This document shows, piece by piece, positions 13,968 to 26,139 of a stretch of DNA of 64,000 nt (within the stretch, counting starts at the first letter, position 1; each line of letters starts with the position of its first letter). The notes beneath the pieces were generated by a model. The model searched no databases, had not been told where the DNA came from, and worked only from the letters and a program-made list of their open reading frames with translations. Origin of the DNA: Octopus bimaculoides (Eukaryota); contig NC_068981.1 of the NCBI RefSeq assembly GCF_001194135.2, positions 7,163,630 through 7,227,629 of the forward strand, read 5' to 3'. The position numbers and the translations under genes are program-made.

Positions 13968-14140
13968 CAGCGATTCTAAACCGCGGCTTCCAGGGCCTCA
14001 TGCAGCCCTTAACCATTCTTCCAGCGACCCCCGACAAATAAATAAATAAATTTTTCTTTGACTTGTGTTTTACTGTACGACCCCTTAAAAAATATGGGTT
14101 TTGGATCTGGTCCAGGTATTAAAAAAGCTGAGAACCGCTG
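13968..14140. mobile_element. hAT (Charlie-like) MITE, decayed
   Basis: TIRs cagcgattctaaac / gctgagaaccgctg (11/14); no clear TSD. Confidence 0.55.
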
Positions 14141-15654
14141 GCCGAGGTACCCTGAAAAAATGCAAAATGGCCAAAGGCGGATTGCTTTTAAATTATAGTT
14201 TTGCTCAGAGCAGACACGAGAACTAAACTACTACAGATACTTCATAACTCCTCGAAGACTTATAAACCCCATCCTAAATTTAGTTTTTACCATTCTAAAG
14301 TTATTCCTCACCACCTAAAATAAGATGGTAGAAACATTTGACATAGTATGTTGTTGTTGCTGCTGCTGTTGGCTACTGAAGCTGTCAGTGTGCAGCGTTG
14401 GTAGAATAAAGTGATTCATTGGTAAGAACTTAATGAAGAATATAAAGAGATTTTCTGATTATTTTGGGTAAGAAAAATATTAGTTTACATATGGAAACAC
14501 CCTCCTCACGCGAAGATCACAAGATTTGTAGCATACGACCAAACGCACTCACCATCTCCCTCTTTTCACACACACACACACACACACTCACTCTCGCTCT
14601 ATCTATCTATCTATCTATCTATCTTCCCTATTAGTCTGTCTGTCCCGCTTCGTCTACCTGACTTTCTCCTTCATTTTGTCTAACTTACGTCTGTCTGTTT
14701 GCCTACCTCGTCTCTCTCTCTATATGCACACACACACATTCCCTCGCAACCACACACATCTGCCCCGTTTCTCCTCTCCCCACCAAACATCATCTAAAGG
14801 ACGCTACACTACTTCTTCAAAGATGTTCCTAAAACATACAAGAGCGTTGAGGTTTTTTTAGGGTTTTTTTGTTTTTCTTTTCTCTTTGAATTTTGCACTT
14901 TGAATTTTTTTTTTTAATCGAGTCGTTGTAGAAAAAAAAAAACAGTAAGCCTGTTGGGATTAAAGGTTAAAACTACACACCTTTTCGGTTAGGGTTTCGG
15001 TTTACACTAAAAACCATTAAACAGAACAAACACTTCGACTAAAACTAACAGCGCTCTCCCCACCACCCTTCTGTTTCCACTCCAAATAATATCCTAAAAC
15101 TGATTTTCATTTTCTTAACGTCTTACATAAATATCGTAGAAGTGTCATGTCTGCCGTAAAACCTAACACGCCACCAACTAATCCCTTCACAGCTGTATTT
15201 CATTTTTTCAAGTCACTCTTAAGACATCGTTCTTTCATCTAATCCACACCAGATTTTACAAGAATTAACGCAAAAGCTTCAGGTTTTTTTTTTCCTGCGT
15301 TAGTTTTGAGATTATATTCCGTTAATAACCCATCTCAGGTAGAAACTATCGTTTTTATTATTTTTTAATAAATATTCCTCTTATAATTAATGGCCAATGC
15401 CGTTAGAATTTGTTAGTGATTCACCTTCAATATTGTTCTCACATATAACGATTTTCCTTCCGTCTCTTCATAAACCATCTTGACTAAATCTTCTCAACAA
15501 CAGTTTGTTTCAAGTTTACGATGGACCTAGGCATCCACAACCATCCTTCCTACCAACCATTCTTAACCAACATTAACCATCAGCTTTCGCTTTACAACCG
15601 AAAATACATTTGGAAGTGAGACTGATTATCGAAGTGGATGCGAGGGAACCTTTA

Positions 15655-16097
15655 CGGGGCTAATCCACCTGCTAGAAAAAACAGCCAAACCTTTATCAAA
15701 TCATACACTATTTAGGGTTTTAAATGAAGGATACGTTGGACTATGTAGTCACTGCTTTAAAGAAGGACGGGATGGTCACGGATAGAACAACTTTTGTTAT
15801 AATAAGACCACTCAATCATGAGGCGACCAACGGCTGAGCAACAAGAATATATCGAAGACAAGAGGAGATCCTCCACCCCCGTTGGTTCAATGTGGTTGCT
15901 ATTCCTTGCAGGTTGATCCTGCAAGAAATAGCAACCAAATCTCCCACAAATTGCAGTTTACTGTCATAAGAAGGGCAAGAATAGAGATAATTTAGATCTA
16001 GAACAGTCTCAACAGATAGAATGGTCATTTCTGGAGCAATCTTTGATAACAGGTTTGTACAATTAGGTTTGACCTGGGGTTAAACAACAATAATAAC
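15655..16097 (+). mobile_element. Two tandem SINE-like family C copies
   Basis: cctgctagaaaaaacagccaaa at about 15678 and cctgcaagaaatagcaaccaaa at 15918; ends gacctggggttaaacaacaataataac. Confidence 0.65.
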
Positions 16098-16242
16098 ATC
16101 ATCGCTATGGTAACCACCATTTCAATCTTATGAATGAGAAATAAGCTAATGCAATCCGAAGGTTATTAATGCGTTTTTGTAATGACGTCACTGATACTTC
16201 AGTAAAATGTGTGTTGGGGAGACACGTCTTACACAGTTTTTT

Positions 16243-16318
<76 letters not shown>

Positions 16319-16683
16319 AATTCCTATAAAGGTTTCGTAGACATCTCTTCAAAATGTGACTAAGTCATAAGACATGTTTTAAACTGGATATGATAACATG
16401 CATTTTCACTGTTGAAAAATTAAACAAAAGACAATTTCAATGTATAAACCCAGCGTGTGCGTATGTACATCTTGCATACACAAATACCATGTTTGATAGG
16501 ATAGAAGACACAAGGGCAATATTTGATGTACCCTATTTTCTACAGAGTATATTCAGAAGGAAATGAGTAGCTTGGACAAAAGCAGTGGCTTAACTTCGCA
16601 TATAGAATCCGGAGTTTTACGGGGCGAAAGGAGTCCCATAGGCCGCAAAATATGGTGTGTGCTCAAACGCATAAAGGCGAATT

Positions 16684-16727
<44 letters not shown>

Positions 16728-16879
16728 TACATATATACATATATACATACATACATATATACATACATACACTCTTTAGTCATTTTCTTCAATTTAAATT
16801 TAAACCTATTAAAATGGCAACTTAGTATAAATGCTATCGTGCTTATGCAATCTTCATAAAACATACTGTTTAAGTCCAC

Positions 16880-16915
<36 letters not shown>

Positions 16916-18109
16916 GGTGGCAGGAGCAGCATCAGTGATAAAATAATTAGAAGTGCCGCTGCCGTTGTCTCATGAATTTCTCGGTTTATTTAATTAATCG
17001 TAGTCTCTTGTATGAAGAAAGAGACGAAGAGAAAACGAATTTCTGTCCTAAAGAATTTTAGAAACAACAACAACAACAACAACAGCAAGAGTAGCGGTGA
17101 GAGGAGTGAAGGAATTAAATGTGGTAAAAAGCCAAATTCACTGAGACATCTCTTCGCAATATCGTCATGACAAGAAATTAACTTTTAGTTTGGCGGTTCA
17201 TTACAAAGAAAACATTGAATACAAGAAAGGAAAAACAACAACTAAAATAATGAGAAATAAAAACAAAAAACATATTCAGACTATAATTCACTTCTCTTTT
17301 TTGTTTTGTTCTGTGTTTTTCTTCTTCTCCGTTTTTATTTGGCAAACTCCCCCCATCCACACACCCCTTTCCTTCTGCTTGTTTCTCGCATGTGAGCATT
17401 CCTCTGCGTCGTTTTTCTATAGCTTCTTCAGGTTTTTGTTGTTGTTGTTTTTATTTGTTTCCCAGTTTGTTCTTTCTTTTTTTTTTTTTTTTTTTTTTTT
17501 TTGTAAAAGTTGATTTTATGTGTCAATATTGAAAAGAACTTGTTTGATTGCCACCAAACAGGTAGGAGGAGGAGGAGGAGGAGGAGATGGTCGTGGTGGA
17601 AAGATGTTGGGATAACGTTGAATTAAAAGAAATAGAATTAAAAGAATATTCTGTCAAGTGATACCGATCTTCTAAATAAACTTGCAATAAAATGTTACTG
17701 ATATTTCGGTAGAAACAGGGTACCAAACTCGGTGGAGCATCCGACTCGATATCTTGTAGTACTCAACCTTCTTTTTCGAGGTTCAGAGATCGAAGCTGGG
17801 AAGTTAAGGAGGGTGTGCTGTAATCTCAGTTATTGATATGTTTTCGCTCTTATGACGAATTAAATGTTTTGCAGTATGTAACTTCGTGTCAAGCGATTCG
17901 AAGGTATTTGTTTTTATTCAAACGAAATTCGCTTTCATTCCGGGACCACTTATCCTGTAGCTGAATAATAAACTAAATATTTTGATGGACAATCAATGGA
18001 ATATGGCTGATAAATTAAATGCGAGGCTGATAAATTAAATACCAGTAATATATTCTGCTCTGTTCATTTAGCTATCATTATCTCTACAAAAATTAGCTTC
18101 TTTATTGTC

Positions 18110-18250
18110 CAAATACTTGATTCGCATTATATTTTATCGACCGTGAAAGGACGAAATGCAAAGTTGATCTTGGTACGATTTGAACCCAGAGCATAGAGAT
18201 CCGGAACGCAAAGCAATTTTTGCGGCGTTCTAACCACTCTGCCGTTGGCA
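18110..18250 (-). mobile_element. SINE family B, degraded
   Basis: ttttatcgaccgtgaaaggacgaaatgcaaagttgatc...tttgaacccagag. Confidence 0.7.
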
Positions 18251-19412
18251 ACTGAAATAAAAACAAGCATAATCTTGAATATTGATTGAGTTCTATTTCT
18301 CCATCGAACTACAGTGGCGCGCGTGTGTGTGTGTGTGTGTGTGTGGTAGAAAAAGAGGAAGGAAAGAGATGCAATCCAATATCTGTCACAGGTCAAAATT
18401 TGACCTCGTCTGACTGATAGGTAACGCTCAATTCAATTTCGGTTCTCTCACCCTCACACACATGTATGAACGTCTGTATGTGTGTAGCTTATTTCATACA
18501 ATATAAAGCGTAATGGAAAGTTGGAGTTGAAAGCGACTATCTCAAGTCTAGATCATTTGCAGGGGGTGGGGGAGTTGGGTGTCAGTAAAGAAATTACTGG
18601 AATATTCCACGTTTTCGGTCGTCAATTTTCATTAGAAATGGAACTAACAACGCCCAAACTGCGAAAATTGAATCTGTGAAGAATTTAATATCCCCACCAT
18701 TCCCGTTCCTAACAAGTTTCTTTAATGTAATATCGCTTTTATCAAACGAATTCTTTCATCTCATGTAATATGCCTGATACAAGAAATATAGCAATAAATA
18801 GCTACATTGTAACACATTATACATACATATATACGTACATATATATATATATACGTGCGTGTGTGTGTGTATGTGTGTAACAAGTTTGAGATTAATGGAA
18901 GCTGTTCTTTTTAAATGTCTTCATTTTAGAAACGGTATTTCTTATGGTGTAACTGATTGGAGGACTTTAACAATCTATCGTAGTTCAAACTGTCAGGCGG
19001 ATGGCAGCAACGTTCAGCAAATAGTACGGGTACATAAAAGACTCATAGTTTGTGTTTCAAACTAAGCTAGCCGCCACTTTGAAAACAAAGAGTAAAAAAT
19101 ACTTGATTAAATAACCCCCCCACCCCGCCATACAAATATTGAAGCGATGCGAATAAATTAATTGGCGAGTGTTTAAAACAAATCTTAATGCCAGTTATTT
19201 CCTCTCATGATTTCCTCTGACACAGGAAATCAAAGCCATAAATGTCCAAATGCCACGACGGAAATCTATTGCATTGTAAACAGAAATCTTTCGAAATCCT
19301 AAAAACTAACATCCAAACAGCAGTAAATAAAAACGTCAGATTTTGACAGCGAGAGTTCGAATCCCCGTCCTACTCGTTAGGGGACGAAACGACATAAAAT
19401 AATGGTTTCAAA

Positions 19413-19604
19413 TTATGGCACAAGGCCTGCAATTCGGGGGAAGGAGTAAGTCGATTATATCGGTCCCCGTGTTCAACTGGTACTTAATTCAACGACTCCG
19501 AAAACGACGAAAGGCACAGTCGATCTCGGCGAAATTTCAACTGGAATGTAAGGACGGACGAAAGGCTGCTAAGCGTGCTAACGACTCTGCTAGCTCACCG
19601 CCTT
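19413..19604 (-). mobile_element. SINE family B
   Basis: ggcacaaggcctgcaatt...ggtacttaatt...gctagctcaccgcctt. Confidence 0.85.
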
Positions 19605-20394
19605 AGTATCGCGGTTCACATATCGCGGTTTATTATTTAAGCTTACGTCAATTCCTCCATGGTGTTGTTTTTCATTTACAATACAATAGATATATGCAAA
19701 TTATAATATATATATATANNNNNNNNNNNNNNNNNNNNNNNNNNNNNNNNNNNNNNNNNNNNNNNNNNNNNNNNNNNNNNNNNNNNNNNNNNNNNNNNNN
19801 NNNNNNNNNNNNNNNNNNNNNNNNNNNNNNNNNNNNNNNNNNNNNNNNNNNNNNNNNNNNNNNNNNNNNNNNNNNNNNNNNNNNNNNNNNNNNNNNNNNN
19901 NNNNNNNNNNNNNNNNNNNNNNNNNNNNNNNNNNNNNNNNNNNNNNNNNNNNNNNNNNNNNNNNNNNNNNNNNNNNNNNNNNNNNNNNNNNNNNNNNNNN
20001 NNNNNNNNNNNNNNNNNNNNNNNNNNNNNNNNNNNNNNNNNNNNNNNNNNNNNNNNNNNNNNNNNNNNNNNNNNNNNNNNNNNNNNNNNNNNNNNNNNNN
20101 NNNNNNNNNNNNNNNNNNNNNNNNNNNNNNNNNNNNNNNNNNNNNNNNNNNNNNNNNNNNNNNNNNNNNNNNNNNNNNNNNNNNNNNNNNNNNNNNNNNN
20201 NNNNNNNNNNNNNNNNNNNNNNNNNNNNNNNNNNNNNNNNNNNNNNNNNNNNNNNNNNNNNNNNNNNNNNNNNNNNNNNNNNNNNNNNNNNNNNNNNNNN
20301 NNNNNNNNNNNNNNNNNNNNNNNNNNNNNNNNNNNNNNNNNNNNNNNNNNNNNNNNNNNNNNNNNNNNNNNNNNNNNNNNNNNNNNNNNNNNNN

Positions 20395-20463
20395 GCCTTG
20401 TGAGTGGATTTGGTAGACGGAAACTGAAAGAAGCCCGTCGTATATATACATATGTATTTGTAT

Positions 20464-20495
<32 letters not shown>

Positions 20496-20696
20496 ATGCA
20501 TGTTTGTGTGTGTCCCCCACTATTACTTGACAACCGACGCTGGTGTGTTTACGTCTCCGTAACTTAGTGGTTCAGCTGAAGAGTCCGATGGAATAAGTAC
20601 TAGGTTTGCAAAGAATAAGTCCTGGGGTCGATTTGTTTGACTAAAGGCGGTGCTCCAGCATGGCCGCAGTCAAATGAATGAAACAAAAGAATAAAA
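20395..20696 (+). mobile_element. SINE family A, 3' two-thirds (5' end lost in gap)
   Basis: gccttgtgagtggatttggtagacggaaactg...ggcggtgctccagcatggccgcagtc; internal (TA)/(TG) tract. Confidence 0.92.
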
Positions 20697-21407
20697 CCCT
20701 TTTAAAAGTTACCCATCCCAGGCTATCCCTGCTTCTATGATATAAACCTCTAGTTTCAAAGTGATTTTAATCATGAGATACCATTTGAATTTCGTGCAAA
20801 ACCAGTTTAATAAATTGTTATTTTAATAAATTGTCAGGTGAGAGCAGACCATGTAAACCATGGAGCGAGAGCGGAATTCACTGAAAAGGTTGGCAAACAG
20901 CGACGCGAGAACTTTGGACTAACAAGCAACCGACTGATTGTTTAACTAGCACATTAAATAAATGATTAATTAGTTAATTAGATATATAACCAATTGACTA
21001 ATAAGAAAGAGGTGGTATTGAACCTGTGCGTGTGTTGTTATTCTAGGCGCAATGACTTTCTCAAGATATAAATGGTGCATTATTTTCAAAATAATTTGAA
21101 AAAAAGGTAATGCATTTTTAATAGGAATATGGTAGCAAAATGGTTAATGTAATCCGGCGCCCACAACGGGTGCAAAAAAAAAAAAAAGAAAAAGGCAGGA
21201 GGTATATAGGGAAGCTTTTTATACAAGGTTCGTTCACTCAGTCGCGACCTGGGGCTAAAATAACATGTAAGGATGAAGATACTGACCAACCTGTCATTTG
21301 GTGATATCTTCAATGGGAATGTTGTCCGAGACAGACAATAAATAAAGAAGAATTTTGTTCGAAAAGACCTAAAACCGAATGGTTATGTGGGGATATGAAG
21401 TGAAGCG

Positions 21408-21463
<56 letters not shown>

Positions 21464-21670
21464 TAAAGCAGTGATAGTCTTATCACTTACAGATGTTACT
21501 TAAGTATAAACGTTTAAATTGTGACCTCCACAGGATATCTAAACCTGTTTTATCCGCGGAAATATCAGGTTTCACAGTAAGCTAACAGGTACATTAACTG
21601 TAACCAGCAACCAAACAAATCGGTTTTATATTCTCGCACGCACACATGCGCCATATGCGTGGCTAATGAT

Positions 21671-21830
21671 GCAGGCGTGGCAGTGTGGTTAAGCAATTCG
21701 CCTGGTAACCACACTCTTTCGGGTTCAGTTCAACTACGCATCTCAGTCAATTGCCTTCTTTTGTAGCCATACGTCGCCAATGCTTTGAGTGAACTTGATG
21801 GACGCAAACTGTGTGGAAGCACATCGTATG
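21671..21830 (+). mobile_element. SINE family A 5' half, degraded
   Basis: gcaggcgtggcagtgtggttaag...gggttcagtt...gacgcaaactg. Confidence 0.7.
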
Positions 21831-22599
21831 CGTGTGTGTGAGTGTGAGTGTGAGTGTGTGTGTGTGTGTGTGTGTTATTTAAAACAGCTTGATTCGGCCA
21901 CATACGACATTAACTTTCGTAGGCTTCTTACAAAAACCCAGCTCTTCAGACTTAGCCGAATGGTGAGATGCAGGAAATTCCAAGACGGTTACCGCAAAAT
22001 GGGGCCGGTATTGGTCAAGGCAGGTTCCATTGTGTTATTAGACGGGAGATCGACATTCTAACAACACCAGCCGCATTAAAAATGCGGATTTCTCGGCCCA
22101 CTTCGCTGGACAGGTAGGTAGCTGGTGGCGCCGCGTAGCTTGGCAAATGAAACTAACTGTGTATTTTGTTTAGAAAAAGAGACGAAAATAAACATTAATA
22201 AAACCGGTCAAAACTTCTCCGGAAAAAGAAATTATTTAAGACAGAAAAATCTAGAAACATAAAATATGAGCAAAGAATAATAGTCCTGGTATTTTGTGTT
22301 GCCATAAAAGTGTGTGTGTCAGTGTGGGTTGATAAAGAAAGCATTCCTTTGTCATTTGTGAGGTTTTTTTCCACAAACACTGAATATTTGTGGACATCTT
22401 TTATGCTATGACAAATATTTATATTCTTTCATTTCTTTTGACTTGTGTCAAATAAAAGGTGACTATAATGGTGAGCATTCATTGACTATACAATAAAACA
22501 GGTGTATTTAAACGAGTGAAATATATACGCTAACATGACGCATGTGTATGTGTATGTTTATATATATATATGTGTGTGTTTGTGTGTACATAATACACA

Positions 22600-22798
22600 T
22601 ACTGTGTTTTCCGGTGTAGTAGTCGAATTTTTCAGATCAAAATTTGCAGCCCAAAATGGTAGGCCGACTTATACACCAGGAAGACATTGGAGGACCAAAA
22701 AGTCCATGTGAAATGCAACAGGATTTAGAAACATGGTGGCAATGTTTGAAAATTCTCACTATACAACTACGTCGACTTCTAAGCCGAAAAATACGATA
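22600..22798. mobile_element. Tc1/mariner-superfamily (pogo-like) MITE
   Basis: Ends tactgtgttttccggtgtagtagtcga / tcgacttctaagccgaaaaatacgata (20/27 inverted, TA at both ends); internal TIR-like copy cgacttatacacc. Confidence 0.75.
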
Positions 22799-22900
22799 TA
22801 TATATATATATATATATATANNNNNNNNNNNNNNNNNNNNNNNNNNNNNNNNNNNNNNNNNNNNNNNNNNNNNNNNNNNNNNNNNNNNNNNNNNNNNNNN

Positions 22901-22992
22901 CGTTTCATGCGACTCCATTTAATTAAGCAATATGAGCATTTATATTTGATGTAATGTTCACATTGCTTAATTAAATGGAGTTGCATGAAACG
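22901..22992. repeat. Near-perfect palindrome (40-bp arms, 12-nt loop)
   Basis: Arms 37/40 identical in inverted orientation. Confidence 0.95.
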
Positions 22993-23145
22993 ATCGTACT
23001 GCATTAACTTTGAATATCCTTGTTGCTTATTTTGACTTTAATCACCTTATTTTGAAATTATTTGGATAATACCATACTTAATTCTGGTGCCTAAACTTAA
23101 GTGCCATATTCACCTGAATCTAAATTTTATATATATATATATATA

Positions 23146-23225
23146 TTAGTCAATTCAAACAAGAACAAGCAAGGAAAAACAACAACGCGGGGACGTGGAA
23201 CAAGTACTGTGTTATTGGACGCTCA
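23146..23225. mobile_element. Penelope-like terminal-repeat fragment, truncated
   Basis: Same layout as 1440-1520 (after (TA)n; aaaaacaacaac...gg.acgc); hammerhead part absent. Confidence 0.4.
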
Positions 23226-23860
23226 AAGATAGTCTTGAAAATTGCAATGCAACTTCTGCGATGCTAGTTGCGAAGTTGTAGCTCAATCTAACATCACAGC
23301 GTCTTTGATACGACATGACAAATGTTCGCAGGAATCTCTGAACATCAGAAAGTCGTCAACGAACGAGATGACTTATTTAAACTCCGATATGACCTTCCTG
23401 TAGTAATTTAATGGGTATAGCAAAATAATTTACCGATAAATGAGGGGGAAAAAATTGATTGAGCTCATTCGCTTTGAAACGAGAATATACTTCAATAACC
23501 ACATTCCGTTCCTTCATGAGAAGAATATCTATGGCGTCAGAAGATATTAGAGATTCTTGTGCATTGGTCGATAACAGCTTCAACTAGAGAGAACTGTATC
23601 AACGGCAATAATCAATATCATTCATTCTGTAACATCTGAGACCATTTCTAACTTTTCGGCCCAAAGAACTAAATACAATCATCCACCAGGTCTCTACGTT
23701 TATACAAACTTAATCTAAATATTGTTGCTCACCGATGTCTTCTCATATCAAAGAAAATACAACGAGAATTAGGGCACGACAGGGGCCAGTCATAACAGTA
23801 AAGGGCATAACATGCTTTAACTACTTCGGTCTACATTATTTATACAATCTTCAAAATACC

Positions 23861-23992
23861 ATCGAGGTCGATTTTGCCTTTCATCCTTTCGGAGTCGATA
23901 AACTAAGTACCAGTTATGCACTGGAGTCGATGTAATCGACTCATCCCCTCCCACACAATTTCAGATTTTGTGCCTACAGAAGAAAGGATTAT
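23861..23992 (+). mobile_element. SINE family B 3' part
   Basis: gaggtcgattttgcctttcatcctttcggagtcgataaactaagtaccag. Confidence 0.85.
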
Positions 23993-24004
23993 TTATACAA
24001 TCTT

Positions 24005-24090
24005 TTATCTTTTTTACTTGTTCCAGTCATTAGATTGCGCCCATGCTGGGGCATCACAATGAGGAATTTTTCGTTGAGCGAATGGACCCA
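24005..24090 (-). mobile_element. SINE family A 3' tail
   Basis: tacttgttccagtcattagattgcgcccatgctggggcatc. Confidence 0.75.
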
Positions 24091-24534
24091 GGATGATGGT
24101 GTAGGCCAGAATCCAGGAGCACATCTTGCGGGCCAAGTCAACCTTGCTGTTTACGTGGGAATTCCAGCTTAGATTGTAATCAACAATCACTCGAAGATCT
24201 CTGGTATTGTTGGATGACACACGGGAATCGCCCGAGGAAAGAGCATATGATAATTTTAGAGTTTTCTCTTTTCCAAAGTGGATCAAATAAAACTTATCTT
24301 CATTTAAAAGCATATTGTTTTTTCTCCGCCCATTGGACAATAGCAAACAGATCTGACTGAAGGCCGCTTATGGCATTCTGGAGTTAGGAATCATCCGCAA
24401 AGATTTTCAATGTAGAATGTTTGATGACATCTACTATGTCATTGATGTAAATAATGAAGAGGAGTGGGCCCAACACAGTACCTTGTGGGACACCACTACT
24501 GACTGGCTGATTTCTCTAATCCCCAATTCATTTC
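24085..24534 (-). mobile_element. CR1-type LINE reverse transcriptase fragment (stop and frameshift)
   Basis: [24 protein letters not shown]...IFADDS*...NNTRDLRVIVDYNLSW: non-LTR RT GVPQG and FADD motifs. Confidence 0.93.
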
Positions 24535-24824
24535 NNNNNNNNNNNNNNNNNNNNNNNNNNNNNNNNNNNNNNNNNNNNNNNNNNNNNNNNNNNNNNNNNN
24601 NNNNNNNNNNNNNNNNNNNNNNNNNNNNNNNNNNNNNNNNNNNNNNNNNNNNNNNNNNNNNNNNNNNNNNNNNNNNNNNNNNNNNNNNNNNNNNNNNNNN
24701 NNNNNNNNNNNNNNNNNNNNNNNNNNNNNNNNNNNNNNNNNNNNNNNNNNNNNNNNNNNNNNNNNNNNNNNNNNNNNNNNNNNNNNAAGTTACAGTGAAC
24801 CCCTTGTAAACACTTTTTGCTTAC

Positions 24825-24889
24825 CCCCATCGCCGATGTCTCTAACCATTTTAAATTTCTTTTCCCTTGCGTTTTCCACCGCCATTTCA
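24825..24889 (-). CDS. Candidate small exon of an unidentified gene (EMAVENAREKKFKMVRDIGDG)
   Basis: Acceptor tttatttgcag|, donor GG|gtaagc, open frame; no family recognised. Confidence 0.2.
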
Positions 24890-25139
24890 CTGCAAATAAA
24901 CCCAGAGCTATCAGGTGTCTTGGTGCGGCAGTTATTTTCCCACTGACCCGTGGCTTTGACCCACTTTCAAATACGAACAGAAATCTGTCCTCTGTCATCC
25001 GCTGACTGTGGACTGGACTGAGAAAAACGAAGGGTCGACGCCGGGGATGGTAGGCTGCTACCAAAGACGGACGAAAAGTAATCTTGCCAGCTTGTTACAC
25101 ACACACACACACACACACACAGATATAGACACAGAGGTT

Positions 25140-25192
<53 letters not shown>

Positions 25193-26088
25193 AATGCTGA
25201 TAGACAGATAGACAGACAGATGCAAGCGGACATACAGAAAAAGGTAGACAGATTAAAAGAGAGAGAGAGAGAGTGAGAGAAGGTTGAGTAAAAGTGTATT
25301 AGCGACGGTTCAAAGGGGATTCGGGAGATGAGAAGACGAATGCTTAAAAATATAGGTCAGTATTGAAGGGCAGAACATAAACAAAATATAGGAGAGAGGG
25401 TTAGTGGCATCAAAGAGAGAAAGAATTACAAGGGGTGGGGTGCGTGTGTGTGTGTGTGTGTGCGTGCGTGTGAGTGTAAGTGTGCGTGCGTGATTAAATG
25501 GAACGTTCGCCGTCTGATTGTATCCATGCATGTGCAGATTTTCCTTGTTTTGAAACACAAACACACTCCCACCTCACACAGCTACGCTTGTAGGAGATGA
25601 GAGCNNNNNNNNNNNNNNNNNNNNNNNNNNNNNNNNNNNNNNNNNNNNNNNNNNNNNNNNNNNNNNNNNNNNNNNNNNNNNNNNNNNNNNNNNNNNNNNN
25701 NNNNNNNNNNNNNNNNNNNNNNNNNNNNNNNNNNNNNNNNNNNNNNNNNNNNNNNNNNNNNNNNNNNNNNNNNNNNNNNNNNNNNNNNNNNNNNNNNNNN
25801 NNNNNNNNNNNNNNNNNNNNNNNNNNNNNNNNNNNNNNNNNNNNNNNNNNNNNNNNNNNNNNNNNNNNNNNNNNNNNNNNNNNNNNNNNNNNNNNNNNNN
25901 NNNNNNNNNNNNNNNNNNNNNNNNNNNNNNNNNNNNNNNNNNNNNNNNNNNNNNNNNNNNNNNNNNNNNNNNNNNNNNNNNNNNNNNNNNNNNNNNNNNN
26001 NNNNNNNNNNNNNNNNNNNNNNNNNNNNNNNNNNNNNNNNNNNNNNNNNNNNNNNNNNNNNNNNNNNNNNNNNNNNNNNNNNNNNNNN

Positions 26089-26139
<51 letters not shown>

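Noticed and set aside
14348-14404. MLLLLLLLATEAVSVQRW signal-peptide-like ORF
   Set aside because: Product of a TTG/CTG repeat; stops after 18 codons
19350-19385. gagttcgaatccc tRNA T-loop-like motif
   Set aside because: No cloverleaf or acceptor stem; at best a SINE-head relic
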